A stretch of 64,000 nt of DNA from an uncultured Methanolobus sp. (GCA_963675495.1 OY776215.1:2112001-2176000), one strand, 5' to 3'; counted from the stretch's first letter, positions 29,015 through 38,877 are shown. The notes: generated by a model from the sequence alone, not told the origin. Numbers and translations are program-made.

Positions 29015-29488
29015 ATGTCCATGAACAAATACCGCAAATTCAAAAAGATGAATAACAAAAGTTATTCCGATGTAACTCGGTTTTTGAAAGAGACAACACA
29101 TCTTACGGCAAGGGAATGGGTCATCTCCCGGATGTGTGCTGATTTTAAGAATCTCTCCAACCAGTCTGAAATGACATGGATCGGTGAGAACCTTCCTGAG
29201 CTTGTTCCTTTCATGGATGAGTCTTATTCGAGGCAGGAAGTCTCAAATGCCAGATCATCTTTCAAGAAAAAGGTTCAGCGCAGCGGTACTACGTTCTTTT
29301 ACGCATATTATGCAGGCCTTATAACGCAGGAAGAAATGCTGTCGATGATCCACCAGATGGTAACAGATATTAAAAAACTGATGGACACAGAAGGTAGCGA
29401 GGTTCCTGAAGAGCATGCTACTGAGGTTCAGATGCTCGTCGCCGAGGTCCTGAGGAATATAAATGAATCACTGGATGAAGAGTATTAG
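29015..29488 (+). CDS. DUF5806-like conserved euryarchaeal protein
   Basis: 'TAREW.I.RMC.DF', 'WIGENLP.LVPFM', 'TFFYAYYAG'. Confidence 0.7.
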   Translation: MSMNKYRKFKKMNNKSYSDVTRFLKETTHLTAREWVISRMCADFKNLSNQSEMTWIGENLPELVPFMDESYSRQEVSNARSSFKKKVQRSGTTFFYAYYAGLITQEEMLSMIHQMVTDIKKLMDTEGSEVPEEHATEVQMLVAEVLRNINESLDEEY

Positions 29489-29760
29489 CACTCTTCAAGC
29501 CCATTTCGTTTACAATAGTTGAAATATCCAAGCAACATTCTCATCTCGATCTGCCTGATATACCTTGCCTGCACTTTGGATACATGCAAAGTGTTGTCTC
29601 CCATTTTCAGCTTTATGTCTGAATCCTTGGGCACACTCATGTCTGCAGAGACTATGGCAGGCCCGCCGCAGGTAGTGCACAGGCGGTAGTCCTTTTTAGA
29701 ATTGCAGATAAAGTCTTCAACTTCAGTTTCAACTTTTATTTCTCTGGGGGTGTCTATCAT
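29485..29760 (-). CDS. small CxxC protein of unknown function
   Basis: 'DYRLCTTCGGP'. 91 aa, convergent with the DUF5806-like gene. Confidence 0.6.
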   Translation of the reverse strand: MIDTPREIKVETEVEDFICNSKKDYRLCTTCGGPAIVSADMSVPKDSDIKLKMGDNTLHVSKVQARYIRQIEMRMLLGYFNYCKRNGLEEC

Positions 29761-29865
29761 GTGTACAAGGCAGTATTCTGTATACTTAAATCTTATCCAA
29801 TATTATCCTTTTATGTGGGGCTTATCAGGGCAAATTTAAATTCAATGAGTTGTATTGTTAGACCC

Positions 29866-30156
29866 ATGTTGATGAAAGACAGGGGTAAACTGGTCATATG
29901 GCCTGCGTACATCGATAAGACCAAATCAAGGCGTGAAGGCCGTATTGTCTCCAGAAAGACTTCGGTGGAGTCCCCGACTATCAATGAAATAGATCAGGCG
30001 GCACAAAAACTAGGGCTTAATCCGGAGGTTGAGGCAGAAAAGGCTTACCCTCGCAGCTGGTGGGATACTAAAGGCAGGGTACTTATTGATAATACTGCAC
30101 CAAAGACCCATCTATCCAGAAGGATATGCTCTGCTATCAAGGAAATGCGTTCCTGA
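29866..30156 (+). CDS. srp19: signal recognition particle protein SRP19
   Basis: 'VIWPAYID...SRREGR', 'A...LGL....E.EKAYPR.W...GRV'. Start is ATG 29866 or 29872. Confidence 0.93.
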   Translation: MLMKDRGKLVIWPAYIDKTKSRREGRIVSRKTSVESPTINEIDQAAQKLGLNPEVEAEKAYPRSWWDTKGRVLIDNTAPKTHLSRRICSAIKEMRS

Positions 30157-30201
30157 TAGTTCACTATTTTATTTCAAAAAAAAGAATGATTAGAATATGG
30201 C

Positions 30202-30381
30202 TTATGCTATTGGCCACATTCCGAAGTTTGCATCAAGTATAAGGATAATAATTCCGATAACTACGCCGATGGTCATCACAGTTTTCGGGTTTATGTGTAT
30301 TGCTCTTTTGTCAGCTTCATAATAGCGCATAAGACCGGCAGATGACATCAAACCGTTACCGCTGGATTTCTTCTTTGACAT
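30202..30381 (-). CDS. secG: preprotein translocase subunit Sec61beta/SecG (59 aa, absent from the ORF track)
   Basis: Hand translation: MSKKKSSGNGLMSSAGLMRYYEADKRAIHINPKTVMTIGVVIGIIILILDANFGMWPIA*. It carries the 'SAGL.RY' signature and a TM helix. Confidence 0.95.
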   Translation of the reverse strand: MSKKKSSGNGLMSSAGLMRYYEADKRAIHINPKTVMTIGVVIGIIILILDANFGMWPIA

Positions 30382-30488
30382 TTTTATCTCCGTATTTATT
30401 GTTTATATCTATTGTTAATTAGATATTATTGGTTATTATTAATTTATTTGTCCCTTCCATGTAATTAATGGTTTAAAAGACTGTGCCT

Positions 30489-31508
30489 TCATGCAAGGAG
30501 TTCATCCAGTAAAAATGGTGGATAGAATACTCCTTTTTCTGTGATGACTGCGGTGACATTCTCCATTGGTGTTGCATCGAATGCGGGATTATACACTTTT
30601 ACATCTGCAGGTGCTATCTGCACATCCTTGAAGAAACGTAACTCATTTGCATCTCTCTCCTCAATAGTAACGGTGTCTTCCCAGTTATTCGGATCAAATG
30701 TGGATACTGGTGCTGCAACAAAGAATGGGATCTCGTGCTCTCGTGCGATTACTGAGTGGGTGTAGGTCCCTATTTTATTGAAGACTGCATCTCCTGTTAT
30801 CCTGTCAGCACCTACGATTACCTTGTCTACCATGCCTTTGCTCATGACATGTCCTGACATGGAATCGGTGATAAGTGTCACATCTATATTGTCCTGCATG
30901 AGTTCCCAGGTAGTGATCCTGCCGCCCTGGTTCAGTGGTCGTGTCTCGCAGGCAATGACCTTTATTTCTTTACCTGTCTCAACAGCAGAGCGGATCACTC
31001 CAATTGCTGTTCCCCAGTCGACACATGCCATCTTTCCTGCATTGCAGTGAGTCATGACGGTATCGCCATCTTCCAGTAGTTTTGCTCCGTATTTTCCCAG
31101 TTTCTTGTTAGTTGCCACATCTTCATCGGCAATATTCTTCGCTTCGGACAGCACTACGTCTTTGATACCATCGCGGTCGTATGCATCCGAAATGGCTCTC
31201 ATTGTCCTGTCAACGCCCCATGCAAGGTTAACTGCTGTAGGTCGGGTTGCTTTCATTGTCTTTGCAGCTATCTCCAGATCCCTGATGAGGGCTTCCATGT
31301 TGCTGGAACTGCTGAGGGTTGCGGCAAGTGCAATACCATAGGCACCGGCAGCTCCCAATGCAGGAGCACCCCTTACGCGCAGGGATTTGATAGCCTCACA
31401 GAGCGAGGCAAGCGTTTTGCATTCAATGACCTTGTACTCCAGTGGGAGAAGTGTCTGGTCTATCATTACGATTGAAGCTGATTCATCATTCCAGTCTATG
31501 GTTCTCAT
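30489..31508 (-). CDS. mtnA: S-methyl-5-thioribose-1-phosphate isomerase (eIF2B-like)
   Basis: 'IDQTLLP', 'VRGAPA', 'TRPTAVNL', 'THCNAG', 'ETRP', 'NKIGTY'. True start is probably ATG 31508 (MRTIDW). Confidence 0.92.
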   Translation of the reverse strand: MRTIDWNDESASIVMIDQTLLPLEYKVIECKTLASLCEAIKSLRVRGAPALGAAGAYGIALAATLSSSSNMEALIRDLEIAAKTMKATRPTAVNLAWGVDRTMRAISDAYDRDGIKDVVLSEAKNIADEDVATNKKLGKYGAKLLEDGDTVMTHCNAGKMACVDWGTAIGVIRSAVETGKEIKVIACETRPLNQGGRITTWELMQDNIDVTLITDSMSGHVMSKGMVDKVIVGADRITGDAVFNKIGTYTHSVIAREHEIPFFVAAPVSTFDPNNWEDTVTIEERDANELRFFKDVQIAPADVKVYNPAFDATPMENVTAVITEKGVFYPPFLLDELLA

Positions 31509-31639
31509 GCTATCTGCTCTTTTATAGGTATGAACTGGGATAAAAATGTAAAGGTCGAAATATTCAGTTTTATGTCCTGTGGGAATCGAACAATTCATTT
31601 GCCTTCCTTTTATATACTCCATTCTCCTAATATCAGCCA

Positions 31640-33484
31640 ATGCAAAAACCCCTGATAATCCACGACCCTGTTCACAAGACCATCATACTTGATGAGTTCG
31701 AGCAGATGCTTCTGAGCAACAGGCACGTACAGCGCCTGCGTCATATACAGCAACTGGGGTTAGTGGATAATGTCTATCCCGGTGCAAACCACACTCGTTT
31801 TGAACACAGCATCGGAACCATGCACATGGCATCAGTAATTGGACAATCCCTATCACTTGAGGCTGAAGACATACGCAAAATAAGGCTTGCCGGACTCCTA
31901 CACGATGTGGGTCACTCTGCATTCTCACATGCGGTTGAAAATGTGCTCAAACGCAATCCTTTGTTACAGCCAGTTATCGAGGGTAAGAAATTCATCAAAC
32001 ATGAGGCCTTCTCTAAGGATATCATTTCCAGAATGCTGCCACAGGACACTTATATAGCAAGGTATGTGGAATCAGAGTTTGGCACAGACCCGTTCGACTT
32101 CTTTGATGAAATATCAAAAATAGCTACAGGAGATGCCCAGTCTATTTCAAAACCGTATCTTGCCCAGATAATCGCAGGCGATGTGGATGCCGACAGAATC
32201 GATTTTCTCCTGCGCGATTCGTATCACACGGGTGTTTCCTTCGGGCTCATAGATGTTGACCAGATAATCGGAAGCCTCATTATCAAGAATGAACATGTCG
32301 TTCTGGGGAGCTCAGACGGCTCCAGCTATGGAAGCGATATGGCTCTCACGGCTGCCGAATCACTGCTGATATCCAGGGCTCATCATTATACTGCTATTAT
32401 ACATAACCCGAAGACACAGGCTGGCCGTGTGATGTTACTCTATGCCCTTGAGGATGCCCTTGAACATTTCAAGGATGTATCAGGCGTGGATATTGCAAAG
32501 GATGAGGTTGTTCGCTTCTTCACTGAATACAATGATAACGAGCTGGTCAATTTCATCAGGTCCAATGCATCTGAAAAATCATGTAAGTTACTGGATGACC
32601 TGCGTGATGGTAGGTTATATGTGCCGGTAGCCAGGCTAAATCAGAAAATAATCCGGCCGTCAACAAGGATGGCTCTCTCAACCATTGCTCGTCATGGCGT
32701 AGCCACAAAGAGGCTTGAAACAAGACTTGCCCGGGAACTTGGGGATGTACTTGTGGACCTTACAGTGGCTTCAGGTGTTCCTAAAAGTATGCGTATAGCA
32801 ATGGATGAGGAAGATGGCTTCTTCTACGATGAATCGGCACTTGCCAATGGTCTGGTCCGGGCAATATCCCGACAGTTATCACTTACTGCTTTCTCTCACC
32901 CGGACGTGGTTACGGATAAAGATTCCTTTGCTGTTATCTCAGAATTGCGCAGGGTGGTCGATGATCTTTCCCCTCGGCTGCTCAATTTCACCCGCGAAGA
33001 CCAGTATCTTCCAATAGAAGGAATAATCCTGTTGTTCTATGCTGTTCATAGTCTCTTCACAGACGAGAAACCAGGTTATATTTCAATCCCACGCCTTCGG
33101 CATATTACTTGGCTGTATCGTACCATCCGTGAACTAAGTGGCTTCCCGAAGCTAAAGAACCTTTTTGATTATTCCTTCCATGAAAGGTATGGATTTCCAT
33201 ACTGTGAGAAGGTCTTTGAGGACATACAGGTACTCGTTGCCATGGGTATCGTTGATGAGGACCTTCGTTATTATGAAAAAGATAACAGGTTCCGGCAGAG
33301 TTATGAATATGTGCTTACATGGGAAGGAGTTGAATATGCAGGGACTCTTGCAGATGCCTACCAGCCGGAATTCGAGGAAATGATGTCTCATCTTTCAATG
33401 GGCAGGCATTCAATTAAAAGGGATATTGTTACGATTCCTTCCAACAGGTATGTCTCAAAAAAACGTCCTACAGGTGTAAAATAA
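31640..33484 (+). CDS. HD-domain dNTP triphosphohydrolase-like protein (SAMHD1/YwfO type) with C-terminal winged-helix-like extension
   Basis: 'IHDPVH', 'QRLRHIQQLG', 'YPGANHTRFEHSIG', 'LLHDVGH', 'DADRIDFLLRD'. Confidence 0.85.
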   Translation: MQKPLIIHDPVHKTIILDEFEQMLLSNRHVQRLRHIQQLGLVDNVYPGANHTRFEHSIGTMHMASVIGQSLSLEAEDIRKIRLAGLLHDVGHSAFSHAVENVLKRNPLLQPVIEGKKFIKHEAFSKDIISRMLPQDTYIARYVESEFGTDPFDFFDEISKIATGDAQSISKPYLAQIIAGDVDADRIDFLLRDSYHTGVSFGLIDVDQIIGSLIIKNEHVVLGSSDGSSYGSDMALTAAESLLISRAHHYTAIIHNPKTQAGRVMLLYALEDALEHFKDVSGVDIAKDEVVRFFTEYNDNELVNFIRSNASEKSCKLLDDLRDGRLYVPVARLNQKIIRPSTRMALSTIARHGVATKRLETRLARELGDVLVDLTVASGVPKSMRIAMDEEDGFFYDESALANGLVRAISRQLSLTAFSHPDVVTDKDSFAVISELRRVVDDLSPRLLNFTREDQYLPIEGIILLFYAVHSLFTDEKPGYISIPRLRHITWLYRTIRELSGFPKLKNLFDYSFHERYGFPYCEKVFEDIQVLVAMGIVDEDLRYYEKDNRFRQSYEYVLTWEGVEYAGTLADAYQPEFEEMMSHLSMGRHSIKRDIVTIPSNRYVSKKRPTGVK

Positions 33485-34236
33485 TGTTAACTGGTGAATT
33501 GGTTTTGCTGAAGACTTCCCACAGGGATAAGGTCAAAGAGTTTATCGCAAAGGTTTCCGATGATCAACTGCACACGAATTTTGGTATTATAGAACTTTCT
33601 TCTCTCATGGACAAGGTCCCTGGTGAGACGGTGGTGTCACACAAGGGCCAGGAGTTTACCATTCAGCGTCCAAAAATGCCGGATTTCTTCCGTCATGCAA
33701 AAAGGACCGGTGCTCCAATGATGCCCAAGGATATAGGCATGATAATCGCCTATACCGGACTCAATAAAAACGATGCTGTACTGGATGCAGGTACAGGTTC
33801 GGGTATACTGACGATGTATCTTGGTTCCATTGCAAAACGTGTTGTAACATATGAGGTAAGGGAAGATTTCGTAGATGTTGCCCGTAAAAATGTAGAAAAT
33901 GCAGGTCTTGATAATGTAGAACTTCGTTGTGGCGACATTGTTGATGAAATAAAGAACATTGATGAGAAATTCGATGTCATAACCCTCGACACTCAAAATT
34001 CAAAGGATGTCATTCCTTATGTGATGGACATACTGTATCCGGGTGGATTCCTTGCTACTTATTCTCCGTTCTTTGAACAGACAAAAGAAATACGTGATGC
34101 AATTGAAGCTGCACAGTTCTGTGATGTGGTAACAATGGAATTTACGGAACGTGAGATATCATTCTCGTCAAGAGGTACTCGGCCATCCACATCAAAAGTG
34201 GGGCATACAGGCTTTATCACAATAGCAAGGGCCTGA
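33484..34236 (+). CDS. trmI: tRNA (adenine57/58-N1)-methyltransferase
   Basis: 'KRTGAPMMPKD', 'LDAGTGSG', 'YSPF.EQ', 'TRP....GHTGF'. Confidence 0.9.
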   Translation: MLTGELVLLKTSHRDKVKEFIAKVSDDQLHTNFGIIELSSLMDKVPGETVVSHKGQEFTIQRPKMPDFFRHAKRTGAPMMPKDIGMIIAYTGLNKNDAVLDAGTGSGILTMYLGSIAKRVVTYEVREDFVDVARKNVENAGLDNVELRCGDIVDEIKNIDEKFDVITLDTQNSKDVIPYVMDILYPGGFLATYSPFFEQTKEIRDAIEAAQFCDVVTMEFTEREISFSSRGTRPSTSKVGHTGFITIARA

Positions 34237-34244
34237 TTTTTTTT

Positions 34245-34913
34245 TTATCTTACGCCTTCACTGGTAATGGTGAACTTGCAGGTCCCACCTTCTGGGAGTG
34301 AACGGTGTTTCCAGAGTTTTGCACGTCTTGTGCCATCTCCTGTTTTTTCAAGCTGGACTATGGTCTTTGATATGTGTTCTATACCGCTACCACCTATTGG
34401 TCTTACTCTGCCTGTAGTAATATCGCTGTATACCTGGTTGGTCATAACAGCCACAACTCTGTGTTTGCGTGCAATACCGTGTACAAAGCCTATCTGATTT
34501 GCCAGTTCCCTTCTGGTCCTTATGCTTGATTCTTCCTGGTCAAGCTCTAATCTGTAAAAAGCAGTTGCAGAATCTATTACTATAAGGCCGATATTTTCTG
34601 AGATGAGTTTCTCAATTTCTTTGACAGCAGCGTACTGTTCTTCAAAATTATGAGGCTCAAAGATGATTATTTGCTGTGCTATCTCCTTTGCATTCTCGCC
34701 AGCAATTTGTTTGAATCTGTCAGGGGAAATGGCCTCAGTATCTATGTAGATGACCTTTTTTCCATTTTTGACACATTCAACTGCAAGTTGCAGGCACAAA
34801 TTTGTCTTGCCACTTCCGGCTTCTCCGTATATCTGTGTCACGACCCCTGCCTCAAATCCTCCTCCTAGGAGTTCATCGATTGGCTTGCAGCCGGAGCTTA
34901 GTTGTTTAGTTAT
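34245..34913 (-). CDS. radB: DNA repair and recombination protein RadB (apparent ATA start)
   Basis: 'SSGCKPIDELLGGG', 'GEAGSGKT', 'IDTE', 'VIDS', and the RadB 'KHR' patch. The frame extends upstream of the track's GTG (34841) to ATA 34913. Confidence 0.9.
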   Translation of the reverse strand: MTKQLSSGCKPIDELLGGGFEAGVVTQIYGEAGSGKTNLCLQLAVECVKNGKKVIYIDTEAISPDRFKQIAGENAKEIAQQIIIFEPHNFEEQYAAVKEIEKLISENIGLIVIDSATAFYRLELDQEESSIRTRRELANQIGFVHGIARKHRVVAVMTNQVYSDITTGRVRPIGGSGIEHISKTIVQLEKTGDGTRRAKLWKHRSLPEGGTCKFTITSEGVR

Positions 34914-35339
34914 CTTTTACACCCCTTGATCGGATTATGTGCTATAATAGGGTTTATGATATACATCTTTTGGCAATGTTATTGCACTTCTCTTTATGTG
35001 TCTTTCTTTTTGTTTGCTTTTTTTGTTGGTGGTCATGTCCCAATTTATGCTCATTTATTATTTTTTCATTATTGTAAATTTGCATGGTAATAATATATTA
35101 TCAAGTATGTTATCAAACATGTTTCATATATGATTTTAATATTGTTTTTTGTATATTCAAATGCAGTTTGAAAAACCATTATTAAGCTATATGTCATTTG
35201 TATAATTTACCCTCTGGTGAACAAGGTAATTATTATGACAATGCCTATTGATTATGATTTTTCAAATGGCATTGTTGTTTCTCTCCAGAATGGCAATAAT
35301 ATAATAAAATATTTATATACTATGAAGGGACGCGAGAAA

Positions 35340-35591
35340 ATGGTTGAAGTGGTTATATATACAACAAAGACTTGCCCGAAATGCGAGCAACTGAAGAAGG
35401 TACTTAAGTCGAAGGAAGTTGCTTTCACAACTGCAGATATGTCTACTCCTGAAGCTTTGACCGAACTTAAATTCAATGGTGTTTTTACCATGACTGCTCC
35501 GGTACTCCAGATCGGCGATGAATTTTTAACACATAAGGATTTGTTCAATGGTCCTGACGTGAACCTGGAAGTATTGGGTAGTATAATCTAA
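35340..35591 (+). CDS. nrdH: NrdH-like glutaredoxin
   Basis: 'YTTKTCPKC', 'TAPVL'. ATG at 35340. First gene of the RNR operon. Confidence 0.85.
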   Translation: MVEVVIYTTKTCPKCEQLKKVLKSKEVAFTTADMSTPEALTELKFNGVFTMTAPVLQIGDEFLTHKDLFNGPDVNLEVLGSII

Positions 35592-35613
35592 GTGCAATCA
35601 AATTGAGGTGGGA

Positions 35614-38016
35614 ATGATGGACGTATGTGCTACTAATATAAAAGAAAAAATAGAACTTGACAGGTCAGACTTGGGAACTGACAAGCAGGTTCGCGCAGAG
35701 GAAGATGAGAGGATCGATATCAGTATGACACCATTAACAAAACAGCATGCCATACAGAAGACGCTCGATGGCCATGATATCTCTATAATGCCAAAGGTGC
35801 GAACCACGGCAGGACACATGGTTGATTGGGACCGTAGTGTCATTGTCAATCAATTAATGAAGGAAACAAAGCTTGCTGAGAGGTTCCACGGCAAACCTGG
35901 GATCGAAAAGGATGAAGCTTACGACATTTCAAAAGAAGTAGAACGCCGTGTCAGATCCCTTGACCTTAAATTCCTTTCAGGTCCACTTATAAGGGAGATC
36001 GTCAACATGGAGCTTCTCCAGAGAGGACACGTTGAGTGGAGAAATGTTTCTACAAGGATAGGTACTCCTGTATATGATGCATGCGAGATAGATCTTGGAA
36101 GTGGTTTTGAGGCAAATGACAACGCAAACCTCCAGGAAAATGCTGAGACTTCTCATAAGAAGAAGGCAGACAAGATATCCAAGGAACAGTACCTGCTTCT
36201 TCTGCCAACGAAGATCGCTGACATGCATCTCAATGGCGATATTCATATTCATGATCTTGAGTATCTCGGAACCCGTGCTTTCTGCCAGGACTGGGACCTC
36301 AGGTATTTCTTCTATTACGGTCTCATGCCAGATGGTTCAGGTGCAAAGGCAAGTGTAGCCGGTCCTGCTATGAAGGCTGAGGTAGCTATACTTCATGCAG
36401 TAAAGGCTCTTGGAAGCGCACAGACCAACTTCGCAGGTGGCCAGGGATTCTACAACTTCCTTACATTCCTTGCTCCATACCTTGAAGGCAAGAATTACAA
36501 CGATGTAAAGCAGCTCATGCAAATGTTCGTGTATGAGATGACCCAGATGATGGTAGCTCGTGGTGGACAGGTAGTGTTCTCCTCCGTTCAGCTGTCTCCG
36601 GGTGTACCAAAACTCTGGAAGGATAAGCCAGTTGTCTACAAGGGGCGTGTGCATGATGGTACAAACGGTACCCAAAAGCGCACCTATAGCGAGTTTGAGC
36701 GTGAGGTACGTCTTTCTTTCCAGGCACTTATGGATGTGATGTTAGAGGGTGATAATTGGGGCAAGCCTTTCAATTTCCCTAAGCCTGAAATTTCCATAGA
36801 GCCAGACTTCATGGAAGAAGATGAGTTCTTTAACAAGGCACATCCTGATCTGCTTGGTTACGAGCAACTCTATGATATGACCTTTGAACTTGCAGCAAAG
36901 TTCGGTACTCCATATTTCGATAATCAGCTACCTGAATACAGAGGTGCAGGCGAGGGAATTTCTTGTTATCAATGCTGTGCATATCAGTTCTCAGCAAATG
37001 CTGATGCAGATGACAGTTTTGATGACAAGCTCATATTCAAGGATGGGAAACATTTCTCAATGGGTTCCTGGCAGGTCGTCTCTCTCAACTGCCCAAGGGC
37101 GGCATACAGAGCCAATGGAGATGATTCTGCTCTGTTCGGTGACCTGAAGAATCTCATGGACCAGTGTATAACTCTATTCAAGACAAAGCGCAACTGGATG
37201 GAAAATATCATCGAGAACAACAGGATGCCATTTGCAACCCAGAGGCCAAAGGATCCTGTTACAGGTGAGAAGGGCTGTGTAGCTGTTGATATTGATGCAC
37301 TTGTCTGTACAATGGGTGTTATCGGTATCAATGAAATGGTTCAGTATCACACTGGTTCTCAGATGCATGAATCCAGAGATGCTTTCAAGTTTGCCATCAG
37401 GGTGATGACCGAGATGGAAATGTATGCAAACGAGCTCAGCCAGAAACATGGCATGGAAATTGCCCTTGCCCGTACTCCTGCTGAAACCACGGGTCAGAGA
37501 TTTGCGGTATCAGACATGCTACATGAAGAATACAGGGATTGTGTCGTGGAAGTTGTAAAGGGCGACAGTGAAGCTGCTCTTGCAAATCTCAAAAAGACCC
37601 ATGATCTGCCTGTCTATTATACCAACGGTACTCATGTGCCACCGGGCGCAAATGTTTCTCTGATTGACAGGATAAATGCCGAGCATGTATTCTTCCCTAT
37701 TGTTGATGGTGGAAACATCTGCCATATATGGATGGGAGAAGGTGCACCGGATGCACAGGGCCTTAAAGAATTTGCAATGAACATTGCAAAGAACACTCAG
37801 GTAGGTTACTTTGCTTTCACCAAGGATATGACTGTGTGCCTTAATGATTTCCATATGATGTCCGGTCTCAAGGAGGTCTGTGAGAACTGTGGCTCATCTA
37901 ATGTCGAGCAGATGTCAAGGGTAACCGGGTATGTCCAGGCCGTTGGTGGATGGAATAATGCAAAGAAGCAAGAGCTTGCAGACAGGATGCGCTACAGCTC
38001 TTCAGACATGATCTGA
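35614..38016 (+). CDS. nrdD: anaerobic (class III) ribonucleoside-triphosphate reductase
   Basis: ATP cone, 'HIHDL', 'YQCC', 'TPAE', 'YYTN', and glycyl-radical 'SRVTGY'. Exact start uncertain. Confidence 0.95.
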   Translation: MMDVCATNIKEKIELDRSDLGTDKQVRAEEDERIDISMTPLTKQHAIQKTLDGHDISIMPKVRTTAGHMVDWDRSVIVNQLMKETKLAERFHGKPGIEKDEAYDISKEVERRVRSLDLKFLSGPLIREIVNMELLQRGHVEWRNVSTRIGTPVYDACEIDLGSGFEANDNANLQENAETSHKKKADKISKEQYLLLLPTKIADMHLNGDIHIHDLEYLGTRAFCQDWDLRYFFYYGLMPDGSGAKASVAGPAMKAEVAILHAVKALGSAQTNFAGGQGFYNFLTFLAPYLEGKNYNDVKQLMQMFVYEMTQMMVARGGQVVFSSVQLSPGVPKLWKDKPVVYKGRVHDGTNGTQKRTYSEFEREVRLSFQALMDVMLEGDNWGKPFNFPKPEISIEPDFMEEDEFFNKAHPDLLGYEQLYDMTFELAAKFGTPYFDNQLPEYRGAGEGISCYQCCAYQFSANADADDSFDDKLIFKDGKHFSMGSWQVVSLNCPRAAYRANGDDSALFGDLKNLMDQCITLFKTKRNWMENIIENNRMPFATQRPKDPVTGEKGCVAVDIDALVCTMGVIGINEMVQYHTGSQMHESRDAFKFAIRVMTEMEMYANELSQKHGMEIALARTPAETTGQRFAVSDMLHEEYRDCVVEVVKGDSEAALANLKKTHDLPVYYTNGTHVPPGANVSLIDRINAEHVFFPIVDGGNICHIWMGEGAPDAQGLKEFAMNIAKNTQVGYFAFTKDMTVCLNDFHMMSGLKEVCENCGSSNVEQMSRVTGYVQAVGGWNNAKKQELADRMRYSSSDMI

Positions 38017-38023
38017 TAAGCTC

Positions 38024-38812
38024 ATGAAAGTAAACTATGGGAGCTCGGTTCCCATCTCAACGGTAGATTGGCATGGAAAAGTGTCAATCGTCTTTTTTTT
38101 ACGTGGATGTCCTTACAGGTGTCCATATTGCCAGAACCATTCACTTCTCTTTGAAAGCAACATGGTGGATACGTCAGTACTTGAAGCAGACATGAAGAAG
38201 TCCAGACCCTTTGTCAGCAATGTAGTTTTTTCAGGGGGCGAACCCCTTATGCAGAAGGATGCTGTGAAGCACTTTGCAGGTTTTGCAAAGAAAATGGGTT
38301 TGCTTGTCGGTATCCATACCAACGGCTATTATCCTCACGTAATGGCCGAATTGATGGAAGAAGGTCTTGTGGATAAATTCTTTATCGATGTCAAAGCTCC
38401 TCTGAATAATACTGAAGATTATGCAAAGGCAATTGGTTGCAAGGACTATACTGATATTCACATTGATCCAAAGCTTGTAATAGAAAAAGTGGCAGAATCC
38501 ATTAATCTGGTTCTGGGAAATAATGTTGAACTTGAGTTAAGGACCACTATTATCAGAGATTTCATGGGAAGCTCTGATGATGTCTGTAATATTGCAAGGT
38601 CCATTAGTGAATTAACAGGCAGAAAGGATGTTGTTTATGTCCTTCAGCAGGGATTTGCTGAAAATGCAATGCTTGAATCTCTCAGGGACATAAAACCATT
38701 GAGCAGGGATGAAATGCTTGAACTTGCTGACCTTACCCATGAGTTCCTTGACAATATATATGTACGGACAAAAGAGAAAGGTAACGAAAAGGTTAACTTC
38801 GAATCAGTTTGA
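38024..38812 (+). CDS. nrdG: anaerobic RNR activating radical-SAM enzyme
   Basis: 'GCPYRCPYCQN', 'SGGEP', 'HTNG', 'DVKAP'. Confidence 0.93.
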   Translation: MKVNYGSSVPISTVDWHGKVSIVFFLRGCPYRCPYCQNHSLLFESNMVDTSVLEADMKKSRPFVSNVVFSGGEPLMQKDAVKHFAGFAKKMGLLVGIHTNGYYPHVMAELMEEGLVDKFFIDVKAPLNNTEDYAKAIGCKDYTDIHIDPKLVIEKVAESINLVLGNNVELELRTTIIRDFMGSSDDVCNIARSISELTGRKDVVYVLQQGFAENAMLESLRDIKPLSRDEMLELADLTHEFLDNIYVRTKEKGNEKVNFESV

Positions 38813-38877
38813 ACCTTAAGCAATTTTTTAATACTTCCCAGTCCTTCATTTAATCATGCTTAAAAAGGTGTGATTAA

